Shown here: in pieces, positions 35,230-45,378 of the stretch
Position numbering within the stretch: position 1 is the stretch's first letter
Layout of the letters: each line of letters opens with the position of its first letter
Source of the DNA: Candidatus Omnitrophota bacterium
GTDB lineage: Bacteria; Ratteibacteria; UBA8468; MWAK01
Reading direction: 5' to 3'
Assembly (NCBI GenBank): GCA_043797665.1
Contig: JAZDPL010000065.1
Coordinates: 1-64,000, forward strand
DNA: 64,000 bases
Notes under the pieces: generated by a model
The model's database searches: none
The model's input: only the letters and a program-made list of their open reading frames with translations
Told to the model about the DNA's origin: nothing
Program-made: the position numbers and the translations under genes

Positions 35230-37695
35230 CTATTTTTCACTCCGCGTTATGCGGTATGACCTGCCTGATTGCGTCTCAAAAGAAACGGTATCTTTCTCCG
35301 AAGTTGTGTCCATAGGGAAGTTGTTGATTTGACATAGCACTTGTACTTTTAAGGAATACCATGGATTTTTGAAACGGCAAACCTCTCCTGCTGTGGATTT
35401 AACCTCAAACCATTTTACTATTCCACCCTCTCTTTCTCCGGAAACTTCAAATCCTCCAACAGCCAGTATTCGCTCAAAGCGAACATCAATGTTTGGTGGT
35501 AGAGCGGGAAATAAATGAATACGTCCGGGAGAAGATAATACTACATGCTCCGGCATAAATATCTCCGGAACTTTAGTAATACCAAGACGATTATTTACCA
35601 CCGCATCATAATTAGGCCTGGCAAGTATTTTGCCATAATCTTTATACATATGCGTGAGGGTCCTCCTGGCTACCTCTAATACCGGGGAAGGTGAATCAAG
35701 GTGAATATCTTCACCCCATATTACAGGAACTAATGAAGCAGGAACATTATATTTTATAGGGGGGGCATTTCTTACATCCACCATTATGCATCCTTCTTCA
35801 CTTTCATAAGTCGAATAAGGAGTAATATTGTCTGTTATATCCTTCCACTTTGTTCTTTCTTCTTCATCAATGCCGAGTCTCTCGCTACAATCTATAGCTG
35901 CATTGAGTTGATAACGTGCCAAGGAAAGGGCGCCGGTTGAATCACGATTACGTTCAAAATTTTTGGTAATCCCCCAATGTTCCTGAGATACTGTGAAAGG
36001 CACGTGATAAAAGCCATCAGCTTCTTTCTTGAAATAATCGGCATAAAACCTTGCTCCTTCCCGAATGAGCGGATAGGACCGCTGTAAGAATGTTATATCG
36101 TGGGTGTAGCTGAAAATCTGGTAAAAAATCTGGAGCGCCAGGCCGGTCATTTCCATGCCCTGGTCCCAGGTTGCACTGCCCCGGATCACATGTCTGGTAC
36201 GCACGGGGTAATGAACCAACGGATACATGGCACCGCTGCAACCATAGACTTCTCTCGCGTTCAACTGAGCCATCGGAAGCATCTCCTCAATTAATTCGCA
36301 CCAGGCTTCCAGGATGTCTGAATGATTAGCCATAACCAAAGGCAACAAAAACATTTCATTAAAATGATAATCTCCGTGCCAGGGATGCGCATCGGTGTAA
36401 AGATGCGGTGTGGCATTAAAAGCCGGTACTTTCCCCTTGCGCAGGGTAGACGCCGCATTGTATAGGCTGTGATATAGGGGGACAAGAAGGCTATGTTTTG
36501 AGGTTTCAATCCAGGCTGATTTAGACCAGAAAGATTCCCACCAACTTAGATGCCCTTGAAGTAAAAAGGCTTCTCCTTTGTTTTCGGCCTCAATTAAAAT
36601 TTCCTTAGCTCTGACAAATGGGTTTGGCACATCCCTGCTTGTAACCATGCTCAGATAAACCGTAAAATGTAAATCCTGTTTCCCCTCCAACGTTGCAGAA
36701 GCAAGCCAGCCCGGGGCTTCATTAGACATTTCCATGGCCTTGCGTTTTTCCTTGTGTGCTCCATGCAGGGTTTTAAATTCCTCGGAAGTAAGGGTCGGTA
36801 GTTTCGCTTTAGCACCCGCTCCCAAAACATTTTCTTCTGTTATAACCTGGTATTCCTCCCCAACAATTAGACCCATCACTACACATTCAAAATCGCCCGG
36901 GACATCTGGTTCATTAAAATACTTCTGCTTGATCCAGAAGAATCTACCATCAGTCCCCACAACCGGTGGTTCCATAGGTCCATTATTGGTATCCTGATCA
37001 TAATCATAGTTAAAATGAGGATAACTACCGCTGTCTTCCATAACTGTTCGACCACGCCTGAGCGTATCACGATGGCGGTAAAGTTCTATTTTAACCGGAC
37101 CGTTTAAATTGCGGTAATCGCAGGTGAATACACATAAATTATCCGTCGCCATTACATAATTGCTGATTTCTACTTTTCTTTTCTCCTTCGCCGCAGTGAC
37201 CATTATTCGACCATCTCCAAATGTAAGAGTGGCTTGGTATTCAACCGCACCCTTTAATTCGCCACATCTGATAATGAATTGACCAACCGGCTTCGGACAG
37301 GGAAAATCATATGCTCGGGAAAGACCATAAGCTGAATTACGGACAATATTCTCTCCTTCAATACTTTCGAAATTATCTCTAAAAGCAAGCCTTCTGATAT
37401 CCTCAAGAGTAACCACTGGCTTTGAATCTCCGTAATAACGTCTATCCCATACATCGTTTTTGCCCAAACTCCAGGTTATTTCCTCGGGTAAGTTCCAAAA
37501 TTTATTGTGAATGTCACCATTCCCCTGGAAAAGACCTGTTTCTGGAATCAGGCTTATTCCCGACTGTTGAGAGGAGCCAAAACCAGGCCCAATAGCAGGT
37601 ATATCTTCCCCATCTCCATCAATTTGCTGTACTACAAAATAGGTTCTATTAACTTCTTCAATTTTGGGAAACATATATTTTTTGTCTATAATCAT
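35230..37695 (-). CDS. GH95/GH65-like (alpha/alpha)6 glycoside hydrolase
   Basis: KNDVWDRR, WWESFWSKS, WHGDYHFN, IHLFPALP and GGFEVS segments. Confidence 0.75.
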   Translation of the reverse strand: MIIDKKYMFPKIEEVNRTYFVVQQIDGDGEDIPAIGPGFGSSQQSGISLIPETGLFQGNGDIHNKFWNLPEEITWSLGKNDVWDRRYYGDSKPVVTLEDIRRLAFRDNFESIEGENIVRNSAYGLSRAYDFPCPKPVGQFIIRCGELKGAVEYQATLTFGDGRIMVTAAKEKRKVEISNYVMATDNLCVFTCDYRNLNGPVKIELYRHRDTLRRGRTVMEDSGSYPHFNYDYDQDTNNGPMEPPVVGTDGRFFWIKQKYFNEPDVPGDFECVVMGLIVGEEYQVITEENVLGAGAKAKLPTLTSEEFKTLHGAHKEKRKAMEMSNEAPGWLASATLEGKQDLHFTVYLSMVTSRDVPNPFVRAKEILIEAENKGEAFLLQGHLSWWESFWSKSAWIETSKHSLLVPLYHSLYNAASTLRKGKVPAFNATPHLYTDAHPWHGDYHFNEMFLLPLVMANHSDILEAWCELIEEMLPMAQLNAREVYGCSGAMYPLVHYPVRTRHVIRGSATWDQGMEMTGLALQIFYQIFSYTHDITFLQRSYPLIREGARFYADYFKKEADGFYHVPFTVSQEHWGITKNFERNRDSTGALSLARYQLNAAIDCSERLGIDEEERTKWKDITDNITPYSTYESEEGCIMVDVRNAPPIKYNVPASLVPVIWGEDIHLDSPSPVLEVARRTLTHMYKDYGKILARPNYDAVVNNRLGITKVPEIFMPEHVVLSSPGRIHLFPALPPNIDVRFERILAVGGFEVSGEREGGIVKWFEVKSTAGEVCRFKNPWYSLKVQVLCQINNFPMDTTSEKDTVSFETQSGRSYRITRSEK

Positions 37696-37736
37696 CCCAA
37701 TTTGTTAGATTACCTCAGGTTTAGGTACTTTCTTTC

Positions 37737-38411
37737 TTACGGTATTACGCCTGACCACCGAGGATTAATTTGACTGGAGTCAGTGAGGTCATTACGCCAC
37801 TCCACGTGTCCATCCAGAAAGGAAGCGTTAGTCCCGTTGGTATGCCAAGTAGCCACTCGGTTGTAAGCGGAATAAGCTTCATGTCCACCAGCATGCAAAT
37901 TATGTACATCCGTAAAGGCAATCGTTTCAGATGGCCGCTGGAAATAGGAATCCTTTTTTTGGGCATCAGCACCAACGTAGGAATTTAAACCATAGCTAAT
38001 CACCACATTCGCCGCGCCATCCCAAGTTAAACCAATCGGCCTTGGTTCCGTAGGACAGGTGAAGACGGTACGGTCGTTCTGTCGGGTAGCGTACGCTTTC
38101 TGGTAGTCACCAACTATATAGGCCCGGAATGTCCACCCCATTCCTCCACCACTCCAAGTGTTACAAGGGGAAACGTTATTGTAAGCTAACGGATACCATC
38201 CATCGTAATCTTGAGCATACAAGGAAAGCGCCAATGTTATTTGTTTCAGGTTGCTGATGCATTGTGCCTGTCTGGCTTTTTCCCGTGCCTGGCTTAACGC
38301 CGGCAGCAGCATTGCCGCTAAAATGGCAATGATAGCAATAACGACTAAAAGTTCTATGAGGGTGAAGCCGAGGTTTGCCCTTTTCCGCGCTACCATTAGT
38401 TTCTGTGCCAT
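37737..38411 (-). CDS. DUF1559-type prepilin with an H-X9-DG C-terminal motif
   Basis: [40 protein letters not shown] and [19 protein letters not shown] before ATG 38411. Confidence 0.93.
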   Translation of the reverse strand: MAQKLMVARKRANLGFTLIELLVVIAIIAILAAMLLPALSQAREKARQAQCISNLKQITLALSLYAQDYDGWYPLAYNNVSPCNTWSGGGMGWTFRAYIVGDYQKAYATRQNDRTVFTCPTEPRPIGLTWDGAANVVISYGLNSYVGADAQKKDSYFQRPSETIAFTDVHNLHAGGHEAYSAYNRVATWHTNGTNASFLDGHVEWRNDLTDSSQINPRWSGVIP

Positions 38412-38424
38412 TGTGTCCTCCATT

Positions 38425-38451
38425 AGATTCTTCACTGCGTTCAGAATGACA
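38425..38451 (-). repeat. family A repeat in the prepilin 5' leader
   Basis: reverse complement reads tgtcattctgaacgcagtgaagaatct. Confidence 0.85.
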
Positions 38452-38459
38452 CGTACTTA

Positions 38460-38502
38460 TGTTTACGATAACAATTATATCTTAAATTTCTGCTTTCGTC
38501 AA
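38460..38502 (-). promoter_or_regulatory. sigma70 promoter plus LacI-type operator
   Basis: TTGACG-17 bp-TATAAT (38502-38474) directly followed by the operator TGTTTACGATAACA (38460-38473, + strand). Confidence 0.75.
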
Positions 38503-38674
38503 GTCGTCCGCCTTCGGCGACCCCCTACCTTGATGGTAGGGAACCCGTCCCAACGGGGGTTTACACCCCCAATGGTGGTCGCAAGGTTCCCTGTTACCCC
38601 CTCTACGGAGTAAGGGGGTTCTTCGCCACCCCCTTAGCAATCCCCCCTCTTGAACCTACCTAAGATATAAATTC

Positions 38675-39697
38675 CTATAGGTTCAAGGGGCCGGCGGAGG
38701 AGCGCTCTAAAAGGGTGGCGGGCAGAAGAATCTTTTCCACCGGCTTTTTTGGATTTGCGATTCGTACCAGTAAACCTTCCACCGCCTTTCTGCCAATCTC
38801 TTCAATCGGTTGGACCATCGTGGTTAAGGGAGGATGGGTGTAAGCGCCAATTTCGTCACCGGTAAATCCAGCCACAGAAATTTTTCCGGGAACTTGGATA
38901 CTCTTTTTCTGGAGGGCTGCCAGGACACCGATGGCGATGGGGTCGTTGGCACTAAAGATGGCGGTAAAAGTAATCCGGGAACTCAACAGTTTTTTGGTTG
39001 CTTCATAACCGCCATCGGTTTCATAATTGGTATGAAGAACAAGTTCACTATTATAATTAATTCGGGCATTGAGTAGCGCGGTTTTATAGCCGGCCAATCG
39101 TTCCTGGCTGGTATAGGCTTCTTCCGGTCCAGCCAGAAAGGCAATCTTTCGGTGGCCTAATTTAATAAGGTGTCTGGTCATCTCCCTGGCACCATCAAAG
39201 TCGGCAGTCCCGATAAAAGAGAAGCGGTTGTCTTTTGGGGGCAGGTCAACAAAAATTGTCGGCACTTTCTCTTTTTTTAATCGGGAATAGATGGTTTTGT
39301 TCAGAGGTAAATCAATTAGCAAGCCTTCAATCTGCCGTGCTAAAAGGAACTCAAAGTCCTGCCAGGTAATACGACTCTGATGGTCATGACACTTTCCCTG
39401 AATCACGATGATGTGATAGCCGGCGCTATGGCAGGCATCTTCTACCGCATCAAGGAAACGGGCGTAGAAGGGGTGCCGGAAGTTGGGAACGATGACACCG
39501 ATGGCCCGGCTCTTTTTACTGCGAAGGCTCGCCGCAATCAGGTTGGGCCGGTATTTAAGTTTCCGGCAGGCAGACCGTACTTTTTTCCGGGTGGCGGAGG
39601 TAACATAGGGGAAATTGTTCAGTACCCGGCTGACCGTCATATGGGAGACCCCGGCCAGTTTCGCCACCTCGGTTTTGGTAATAGCACTTCTGTTCAC
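38675..39697 (-). CDS. LacI family transcriptional regulator
   Basis: EVAKLAGVSHMTVSRVLN helix-turn-helix; YRPN and PPLTT motifs. Confidence 0.95.
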   Translation of the reverse strand: MNRSAITKTEVAKLAGVSHMTVSRVLNNFPYVTSATRKKVRSACRKLKYRPNLIAASLRSKKSRAIGVIVPNFRHPFYARFLDAVEDACHSAGYHIIVIQGKCHDHQSRITWQDFEFLLARQIEGLLIDLPLNKTIYSRLKKEKVPTIFVDLPPKDNRFSFIGTADFDGAREMTRHLIKLGHRKIAFLAGPEEAYTSQERLAGYKTALLNARINYNSELVLHTNYETDGGYEATKKLLSSRITFTAIFSANDPIAIGVLAALQKKSIQVPGKISVAGFTGDEIGAYTHPPLTTMVQPIEEIGRKAVEGLLVRIANPKKPVEKILLPATLLERSSAGPLNL

Positions 39698-39736
39698 GGT
39701 AACAAGATATTAACACGTTGGTGGATTCAATGTCAA
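39691..39736 (-). promoter_or_regulatory. promoter of the LacI-family gene with an autoregulatory operator
   Basis: TTGACA-18 bp-(TG)TAATAT; TGTTCACGGTAACA (39691-39704) overlaps the GTG start. Confidence 0.65.
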
Positions 39737-39750
39737 GGGCAAGGTTGGGG

Positions 39751-39777
39751 AGATTCTTCGCTGCGCTCAGAATGACA
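39751..39777 (-). repeat. family A repeat downstream of carB
   Basis: reverse complement reads tgtcattctgagcgcagcgaagaatct, identical to 3970-3996. Confidence 0.9.
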
Positions 39778-39786
39778 TGGGTGGGC

Positions 39787-42700
39787 TTATGGGGATATCA
39801 GGGTAATTTCCTGATGGTATTCCTGAAGAGATTTGACTTCGCTTGCGGTTGTTTTGCGGGCGGCTTCAATCCCTTCCGCGGTAGCGATGGCGGCGGCCGG
39901 TGTAGTGATATAAGGAATCTTGTAGCGGATGGCAGATTTACGGATGTAACTGTCGTCATGAGCGCTTTCTTTACCCGCCGGCGTATTGATAACCAGATTT
40001 ATCTGGCGGTTATGCATCGCATCGATGATATTGGGTCTGCCTTCATGTAACTTTTTGACTGATTGGACGCTTAGGCCGTGTTTCTGCAAAAAAGCGGCGG
40101 TTCCTTCTGTTGCCAGAATGATGAAACCCATATCCGCCAACTTTTTCACCGCCGGCAATACCTTTTCTTTATCATGACCGGCAACGGTTACCAGAACCGT
40201 CCCGGCAGTTGGCAGGGTGAAACCGGTTGCCAGTTGGGCTTTGTAGAAGGCTAAGCCGAACGAGGGTGCCAGTCCTAAGACCTCGCCGGTGGAGCGCATC
40301 TCCGGTCCCAGTAACGGGTCAACTTCCGGAAACATGTTGAACGGGAAAACCGATTCTTTTACTCCGTAGTAAGGGTATTGTCTGGGGCATAGTTTGAGGT
40401 CTTTTAGTGCGGTGCCGAGCATTACCTGAGTAGCGATACGTGCCATGGAGACGTTGGTCACTTTTGATACCAGGGGGACAGTCCGTGAAGCGCGCGGGTT
40501 TGCTTCCAGAACATAGATCGTATCGTTGGCGATGGCAAACTGAATGTTAATTAGTCCCACTACCTTCAGTTCCACCGCTATCTGCCGGGTATATTCTTCA
40601 ATTGTCTGCAGGTGGGCCGGAGAAATGGTCCGCGGGGGAAGTACGCAGGCGCTGTCTCCGGAATGGATGCCAGCCAGTTCAATGTGTTCCATTACCGAGG
40701 GAACAAAGGCTTCTTTCCCGTCAGAGATGGCATCAGATTCCGCTTCTACGGCATTCTCTAGAAATTTGTCAATCAGGATAGGATATTCCGGAGAGACCTC
40801 AACTGCTGCGGAAACGTACTTTTCTAACATTTCGTCGTCGTAGATAACTTCCATCGCCCGGCCGCCTAATACGTAAGAAGGACGTACCATCAAAGGATAG
40901 CCAATAATGCGTGCCACTTTCAATGCTTCTTCCATGGAGGTGGCGGTACCGTTTTCCGGTTGAGGTATGCCCATTTTTTTCATCACGTTGGCAAAACGTT
41001 TCCGGTCTTCTGCCAGGTCAATACTTTCCGGTGACGTACCCAGAATCTTTACGCCCGCATTAGCCAGTTCTGAAGCGATATTGAGCGGTGTCTGACCACC
41101 AAATTGAACGATTACACCCTCCGGCTGTTCTTTCTGGTAGATGCTCAAGACGTGCTCTACGGTAAGAGGTTCAAAATAGAGTTTATCGGAGGTGTCGTAG
41201 TCGGTGGAGACGGTTTCCGGATTACAGTTGACCATAATGCTTTCGTATCCTAAGTCCCGCAGCGCAAAGGCGGCATGGACACAGGTGTAATCAAACTCGA
41301 TTCCCTGTCCAATCCGGTTTGGACCTCCGCCTAAAATCATAATCTTCCGTGCGGAAGAGACCGGCACTTTGTCCGGACCGTTATAGGTAGAGTAATAGTA
41401 GGCGCCGGTGGCGCCGCTTACCGGCACCGAATCCCAGCCGCGGTGTATCTTAAGTGCCTGTCTTCTATTCCGTATCTGTACTTCGGGCAGGTTTAGTATC
41501 TGACCTAAATATTTATCGGAAAAACCGTCTTTTTTCGCCTGAATGAGAAGGTCGTCGGAAAGTAAATTCCCTTTATAGACAAGGAGTCTTTCTTCCAATT
41601 CAACCAGTTCCTTCATCTGTTGAATGAACCACGGGCCGATATGGGTTAATTCATGAAGTTCTTCAATCTGCATCCCTTTACGCAGGGCTTCATACATCAG
41701 GAACTGACGTTCCGAACTGGGTTCCGCTAACAGTTTGCGTAATTCTTCCAGGGGCAGGGTATGGAAGTTTTTGGCAAATCCTAATCCATAGCGTTTAATT
41801 TCTAAGGAATAGATGGATTTTTGAAGGGTTTCTTTATAGGTTTTACCGATGCTCATTACTTCACCAACCGCCCGCATCTGCGTACCGAGTATATCTTTGG
41901 CGCCCTTGAATTTTTCAAATGCCCATCGGGAAAATTTAACCACCACGTAGTCTCCGGACGGCGTATATTTGTCTAAGGTGCCTTCCCGCCAGTAGGGAAG
42001 TTCCGAAAGAGTTATCCCGGCAGCCAATTGGGAGGAGACCCGGGCAATCGGAAAGCCGGTTGCCTTGGACGCTAAGGCTGAGGAGCGGGAAGTGCGGGGA
42101 TTGATTTCAATCACCACCAGCCGTCCGGTTTTTAAATCATGGGCAAACTGGATATTGGTGCCACCTATGACTCCGATAGACTCCACGATCCGGTAAGATA
42201 TTTCCTGGAGCTTTGCCTGTAAATTTTTCGGGACCGTGAGCATGGGTGCAACACAGAAACTGTCACCGGTATGGACACCCATCGGGTCTACATTCTCAAT
42301 GAAACAGACGGTGATCATTTTATTCTCGGAATCGCGTACTACCTCCAATTCCAGTTCTTCCCAACCCAAAACCGATTCTTCGATAAGCACCTGTCCGATC
42401 ATACTGGCGGAGATACCACGGGCTGTTATGATACGCAGTTCTTCCACGTTCCAGGCGATTCCGCCGCCGGTACCTCCCATGGTGTAGGCGGGTCTGATGA
42501 CCACCGGATAACCCAACCGCCGGGCAATCTCTTCTGCTTCTTCCACACTATAAGCCGGGTCACTAAGGGGCATCTCCACCTTCAGGCGGTTCATCGTCTC
42601 TTTAAAGGCGATCCGGTCTTCCCCGCGTTCAATCGCATCTACCTGAACGCCAATAACCTGGACGCCGTATTTTTCCAGAATGCCTTTGCGGTACAGGTCT

Positions 42701-42999
42701 GAGGTCAGGTTTAAGCCGGTCTGACCTCCTAAGTTGGGTAGTACCGCATCCGGACGTTCTTTGGCGATAATCTTTTCCAGGATTTCGGTGGTGAGGGGTT
42801 CAATATAGGTGGCATCAGCCATTCCCGGGTCGGTCATAATGGTGGCAGGGTTGGAGTTGACCAGAACGATTTGATAACCTGCGTTACGGAGGGCTTTACA
42901 GGCTTGAGTACCGGAATAATCAAATTCACATGCCTGTCCTATGACAATAGGGCCAGAACCGATAATGATGACCTTTTTGATGTCGGTTCTTTTGCTCAC
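39787..42999 (-). CDS. carB: Carbamoyl-phosphate synthase large subunit
   Basis: IGSGPIVIGQACEFDYSG and GPNRIGQGIEFDY motifs; 1070 aa. Confidence 0.98.
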   Translation of the reverse strand: MSKRTDIKKVIIIGSGPIVIGQACEFDYSGTQACKALRNAGYQIVLVNSNPATIMTDPGMADATYIEPLTTEILEKIIAKERPDAVLPNLGGQTGLNLTSDLYRKGILEKYGVQVIGVQVDAIERGEDRIAFKETMNRLKVEMPLSDPAYSVEEAEEIARRLGYPVVIRPAYTMGGTGGGIAWNVEELRIITARGISASMIGQVLIEESVLGWEELELEVVRDSENKMITVCFIENVDPMGVHTGDSFCVAPMLTVPKNLQAKLQEISYRIVESIGVIGGTNIQFAHDLKTGRLVVIEINPRTSRSSALASKATGFPIARVSSQLAAGITLSELPYWREGTLDKYTPSGDYVVVKFSRWAFEKFKGAKDILGTQMRAVGEVMSIGKTYKETLQKSIYSLEIKRYGLGFAKNFHTLPLEELRKLLAEPSSERQFLMYEALRKGMQIEELHELTHIGPWFIQQMKELVELEERLLVYKGNLLSDDLLIQAKKDGFSDKYLGQILNLPEVQIRNRRQALKIHRGWDSVPVSGATGAYYYSTYNGPDKVPVSSARKIMILGGGPNRIGQGIEFDYTCVHAAFALRDLGYESIMVNCNPETVSTDYDTSDKLYFEPLTVEHVLSIYQKEQPEGVIVQFGGQTPLNIASELANAGVKILGTSPESIDLAEDRKRFANVMKKMGIPQPENGTATSMEEALKVARIIGYPLMVRPSYVLGGRAMEVIYDDEMLEKYVSAAVEVSPEYPILIDKFLENAVEAESDAISDGKEAFVPSVMEHIELAGIHSGDSACVLPPRTISPAHLQTIEEYTRQIAVELKVVGLINIQFAIANDTIYVLEANPRASRTVPLVSKVTNVSMARIATQVMLGTALKDLKLCPRQYPYYGVKESVFPFNMFPEVDPLLGPEMRSTGEVLGLAPSFGLAFYKAQLATGFTLPTAGTVLVTVAGHDKEKVLPAVKKLADMGFIILATEGTAAFLQKHGLSVQSVKKLHEGRPNIIDAMHNRQINLVINTPAGKESAHDDSYIRKSAIRYKIPYITTPAAAIATAEGIEAARKTTASEVKSLQEYHQEITLISP

Positions 43000-43024
43000 A
43001 GAAATAACATAGGATTAGTAACCC

Positions 43025-44344
43025 CTAACGGTCAAGAAGGGCAAACATCATGTCTGCTTCGGCAACGGTTTTACCTTCTACCAGCGCTTTTGCGTGGACC
43101 TGACCGATGCGGCTGCGGAATTTTAACAGTTCCACCTCAATCCGCAGTTGGTCACCCGGTAAGACCGCATGTCGGAACCGGGCGTTGTTGATGGCGGCAA
43201 AATAGGCAAACTTATTGCGGTTTTCTTTCTTCCGCAACATCAGAACGCCGGCAACCTGCGCCATTGTTTCTATCAAAATTACTCCGGGCATTACCGGTCG
43301 ACCCGGGAAATGACCGGAGAAGTACGGCTCATTGATGGAAACGCTCTTTAATCCCACGATGATTTTGTCTTCTTCAATTTTAACGATACGGTCCACAAAG
43401 AGGAAAGGTGGCCGGTGCGGAATAATTTTCAGAATGTCTTCCGCCTCCAGAATCACTTTGTGAAGGTCTATCCCATCGTCCGGCGATATTACCGCCGCGG
43501 CACTTTCCCGCCGGTTAACATCCAGAATTTTATGAACCAGATGGACATTGAGAATGTGACCGCTCCGGATGGCGATGATGTGTGCCAGCAGAACTGCGGA
43601 CAGAAGTCCTAAGTCACCCAGAAGGTCCAGAACTTTGTGCCGCGCCATTTCGTTTTCAAAACGCAGAGTATTTTTGATGATGCCATTTTTGCCAATGACG
43701 ATGGTGTTGTTGTAGTTGGACCCTTTCCCTAATCCGCTCTTGATTAAAGCGTCCACTTCACTCTGGAGGCAGAAGGTGCGTGCGGGTGCAATTTCTGAAA
43801 GGAATGTCCGGGGTTCAATGACGAACGAAACGTACTGGCTCTTCAGGGGTGCCGGATAGTCCAGGGTATAGGAGATTCTGAAGACCGGCGAGGGTAAGGC
43901 AATAACCTGGCTGTCGTCGTTATTGACGAATACCGGTTCCCGCAAAGTGATGGTTTTGTGGAGAACAGACTGTTCTTTAATCCCGGCACGAAGAAGCAGT
44001 TCGGAAAACTTTTTGCTGCACCCGTCTTCACCGGGAAATTCGTCGTTATTAATTTCCACGATGAGGTTGTCAATGCCCAGCCCCAAAAGAGTAGCCAGGA
44101 TGTGTTCGACGGTGTGAATTTCTGCCCCGTTTTTACCGATTGAAGTACGCCGGGCACGTCTCTCCTCAGGGAGAAGGTTACTTATCTCCACTTTAACCGC
44201 CGGTTTTTCCGGCAGGTCGGTTCGGACAAATACCAGACCGGTATCAACCTCAGACGGTTTAAAAGTTACCTTTGCCCGATGCGCGGTATGCAGACCGATT
44301 CCTTCAAAGGAGACCTTCTTTTTAATCGTTGTTTGTTGTGCCAT
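43025..44344 (-). CDS. lpxC: Bifunctional LpxC/FabZ
   Basis: GIGLH, TVEH, ARTF and HKVLDLLGD motifs, then PHRPPFLFVD and GHFPGRPVMPGV. Confidence 0.94.
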   Translation of the reverse strand: MAQQTTIKKKVSFEGIGLHTAHRAKVTFKPSEVDTGLVFVRTDLPEKPAVKVEISNLLPEERRARRTSIGKNGAEIHTVEHILATLLGLGIDNLIVEINNDEFPGEDGCSKKFSELLLRAGIKEQSVLHKTITLREPVFVNNDDSQVIALPSPVFRISYTLDYPAPLKSQYVSFVIEPRTFLSEIAPARTFCLQSEVDALIKSGLGKGSNYNNTIVIGKNGIIKNTLRFENEMARHKVLDLLGDLGLLSAVLLAHIIAIRSGHILNVHLVHKILDVNRRESAAAVISPDDGIDLHKVILEAEDILKIIPHRPPFLFVDRIVKIEEDKIIVGLKSVSINEPYFSGHFPGRPVMPGVILIETMAQVAGVLMLRKKENRNKFAYFAAINNARFRHAVLPGDQLRIEVELLKFRSRIGQVHAKALVEGKTVAEADMMFALLDR

Positions 44345-45374
44345 TATTCCTTTCTTCTTCCAACTTAGCCAGTCTGGCTTCTAATTCAAAGACCTTTTCC
44401 CAGAGTTTCGGTTGTTTGTGAAGATAGGCTTGTAGTTTCATATCTTTGTTCCTTTCCCGGGCCGGAAAACCGGAGACATGGGTTCCGTTAGGAACGTCCT
44501 TGGTTACGCCGGCCTTACCGGAGATGACCACATTGTCGCCTACCGCGATATGACCAATGATGCCAGCCTGGCCGGCGATGATGACGTTCTTACCGATGGT
44601 GGTGGTACCGGATATGCCTACCTGCGCCACCACGATGGTATTTTCACCAATGGTAACGTTGTGGGCGATCTGAACCAGATTGTCAATTTTAACGCCCCGT
44701 TTAATTAAGGTAGTATCAAACCTCGCCCGGTCAATCGTTACGCAGGAACCAATTTCCACGTCGTCTTCTATCCGCACGGTGCCAATCTGAGGAATCTTAT
44801 GGTGGATGCCGCTTACCGTTGCAAAACCAAAGCCGTCACCACCGATGACGGTTCCGCCGTGGATGATTACCCGATTGCCTATTTCCACCCGTTCTCTGAT
44901 GGAAACATGGGGATAGATGAGGCAATCGTCACCGATGATGGTGTAATGGCCCACGTAGACACCCGCACAGAGGACGGTCCGGTCTCCAATGCGTACGTGG
45001 TCTTCAATGACTACGTAAGGCTGGATGGAGACATCTTTACCTAAAACCACGCCTTCCCCGATGATGGCGGTTGGATGGATTCCGGCTGATAAGGTAATGG
45101 TCTCCGGTCCGAAGAGCGAGACGATGCGGGCAAAGGCTAAAGAAGGGTTGTCCACCTGAATAAGGGTGCGTTTTCCACTCTTGATTTCCGGCGGCACAAG
45201 AATTGCAGAGGCTTGCGTTTTGTCCATCAGGCAGTAATACTTCCGGTTAGCCACAAAGGTGATTTCACCCGCTCCCGCTTCTTTAATGCCGGAAACGCCG
45301 GTGATTACCAGTCCTTCGTCTCCGATTACCCGACCACCAACTAATTGCGCCAGTTCTCCAATGGTTTTAGCCAT
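44322..45374 (-). CDS. lpxD: UDP-3-O-acylglucosamine N-acyltransferase
   Basis: Hexapeptide repeats; DGFGF, KIPQIG and KIDNLVQIAHN motifs. Confidence 0.96.
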   Translation of the reverse strand: MAKTIGELAQLVGGRVIGDEGLVITGVSGIKEAGAGEITFVANRKYYCLMDKTQASAILVPPEIKSGKRTLIQVDNPSLAFARIVSLFGPETITLSAGIHPTAIIGEGVVLGKDVSIQPYVVIEDHVRIGDRTVLCAGVYVGHYTIIGDDCLIYPHVSIRERVEIGNRVIIHGGTVIGGDGFGFATVSGIHHKIPQIGTVRIEDDVEIGSCVTIDRARFDTTLIKRGVKIDNLVQIAHNVTIGENTIVVAQVGISGTTTIGKNVIIAGQAGIIGHIAVGDNVVISGKAGVTKDVPNGTHVSGFPARERNKDMKLQAYLHKQPKLWEKVFELEARLAKLEEERNNGTTNND

Positions 45375-45378
45375 ATAC

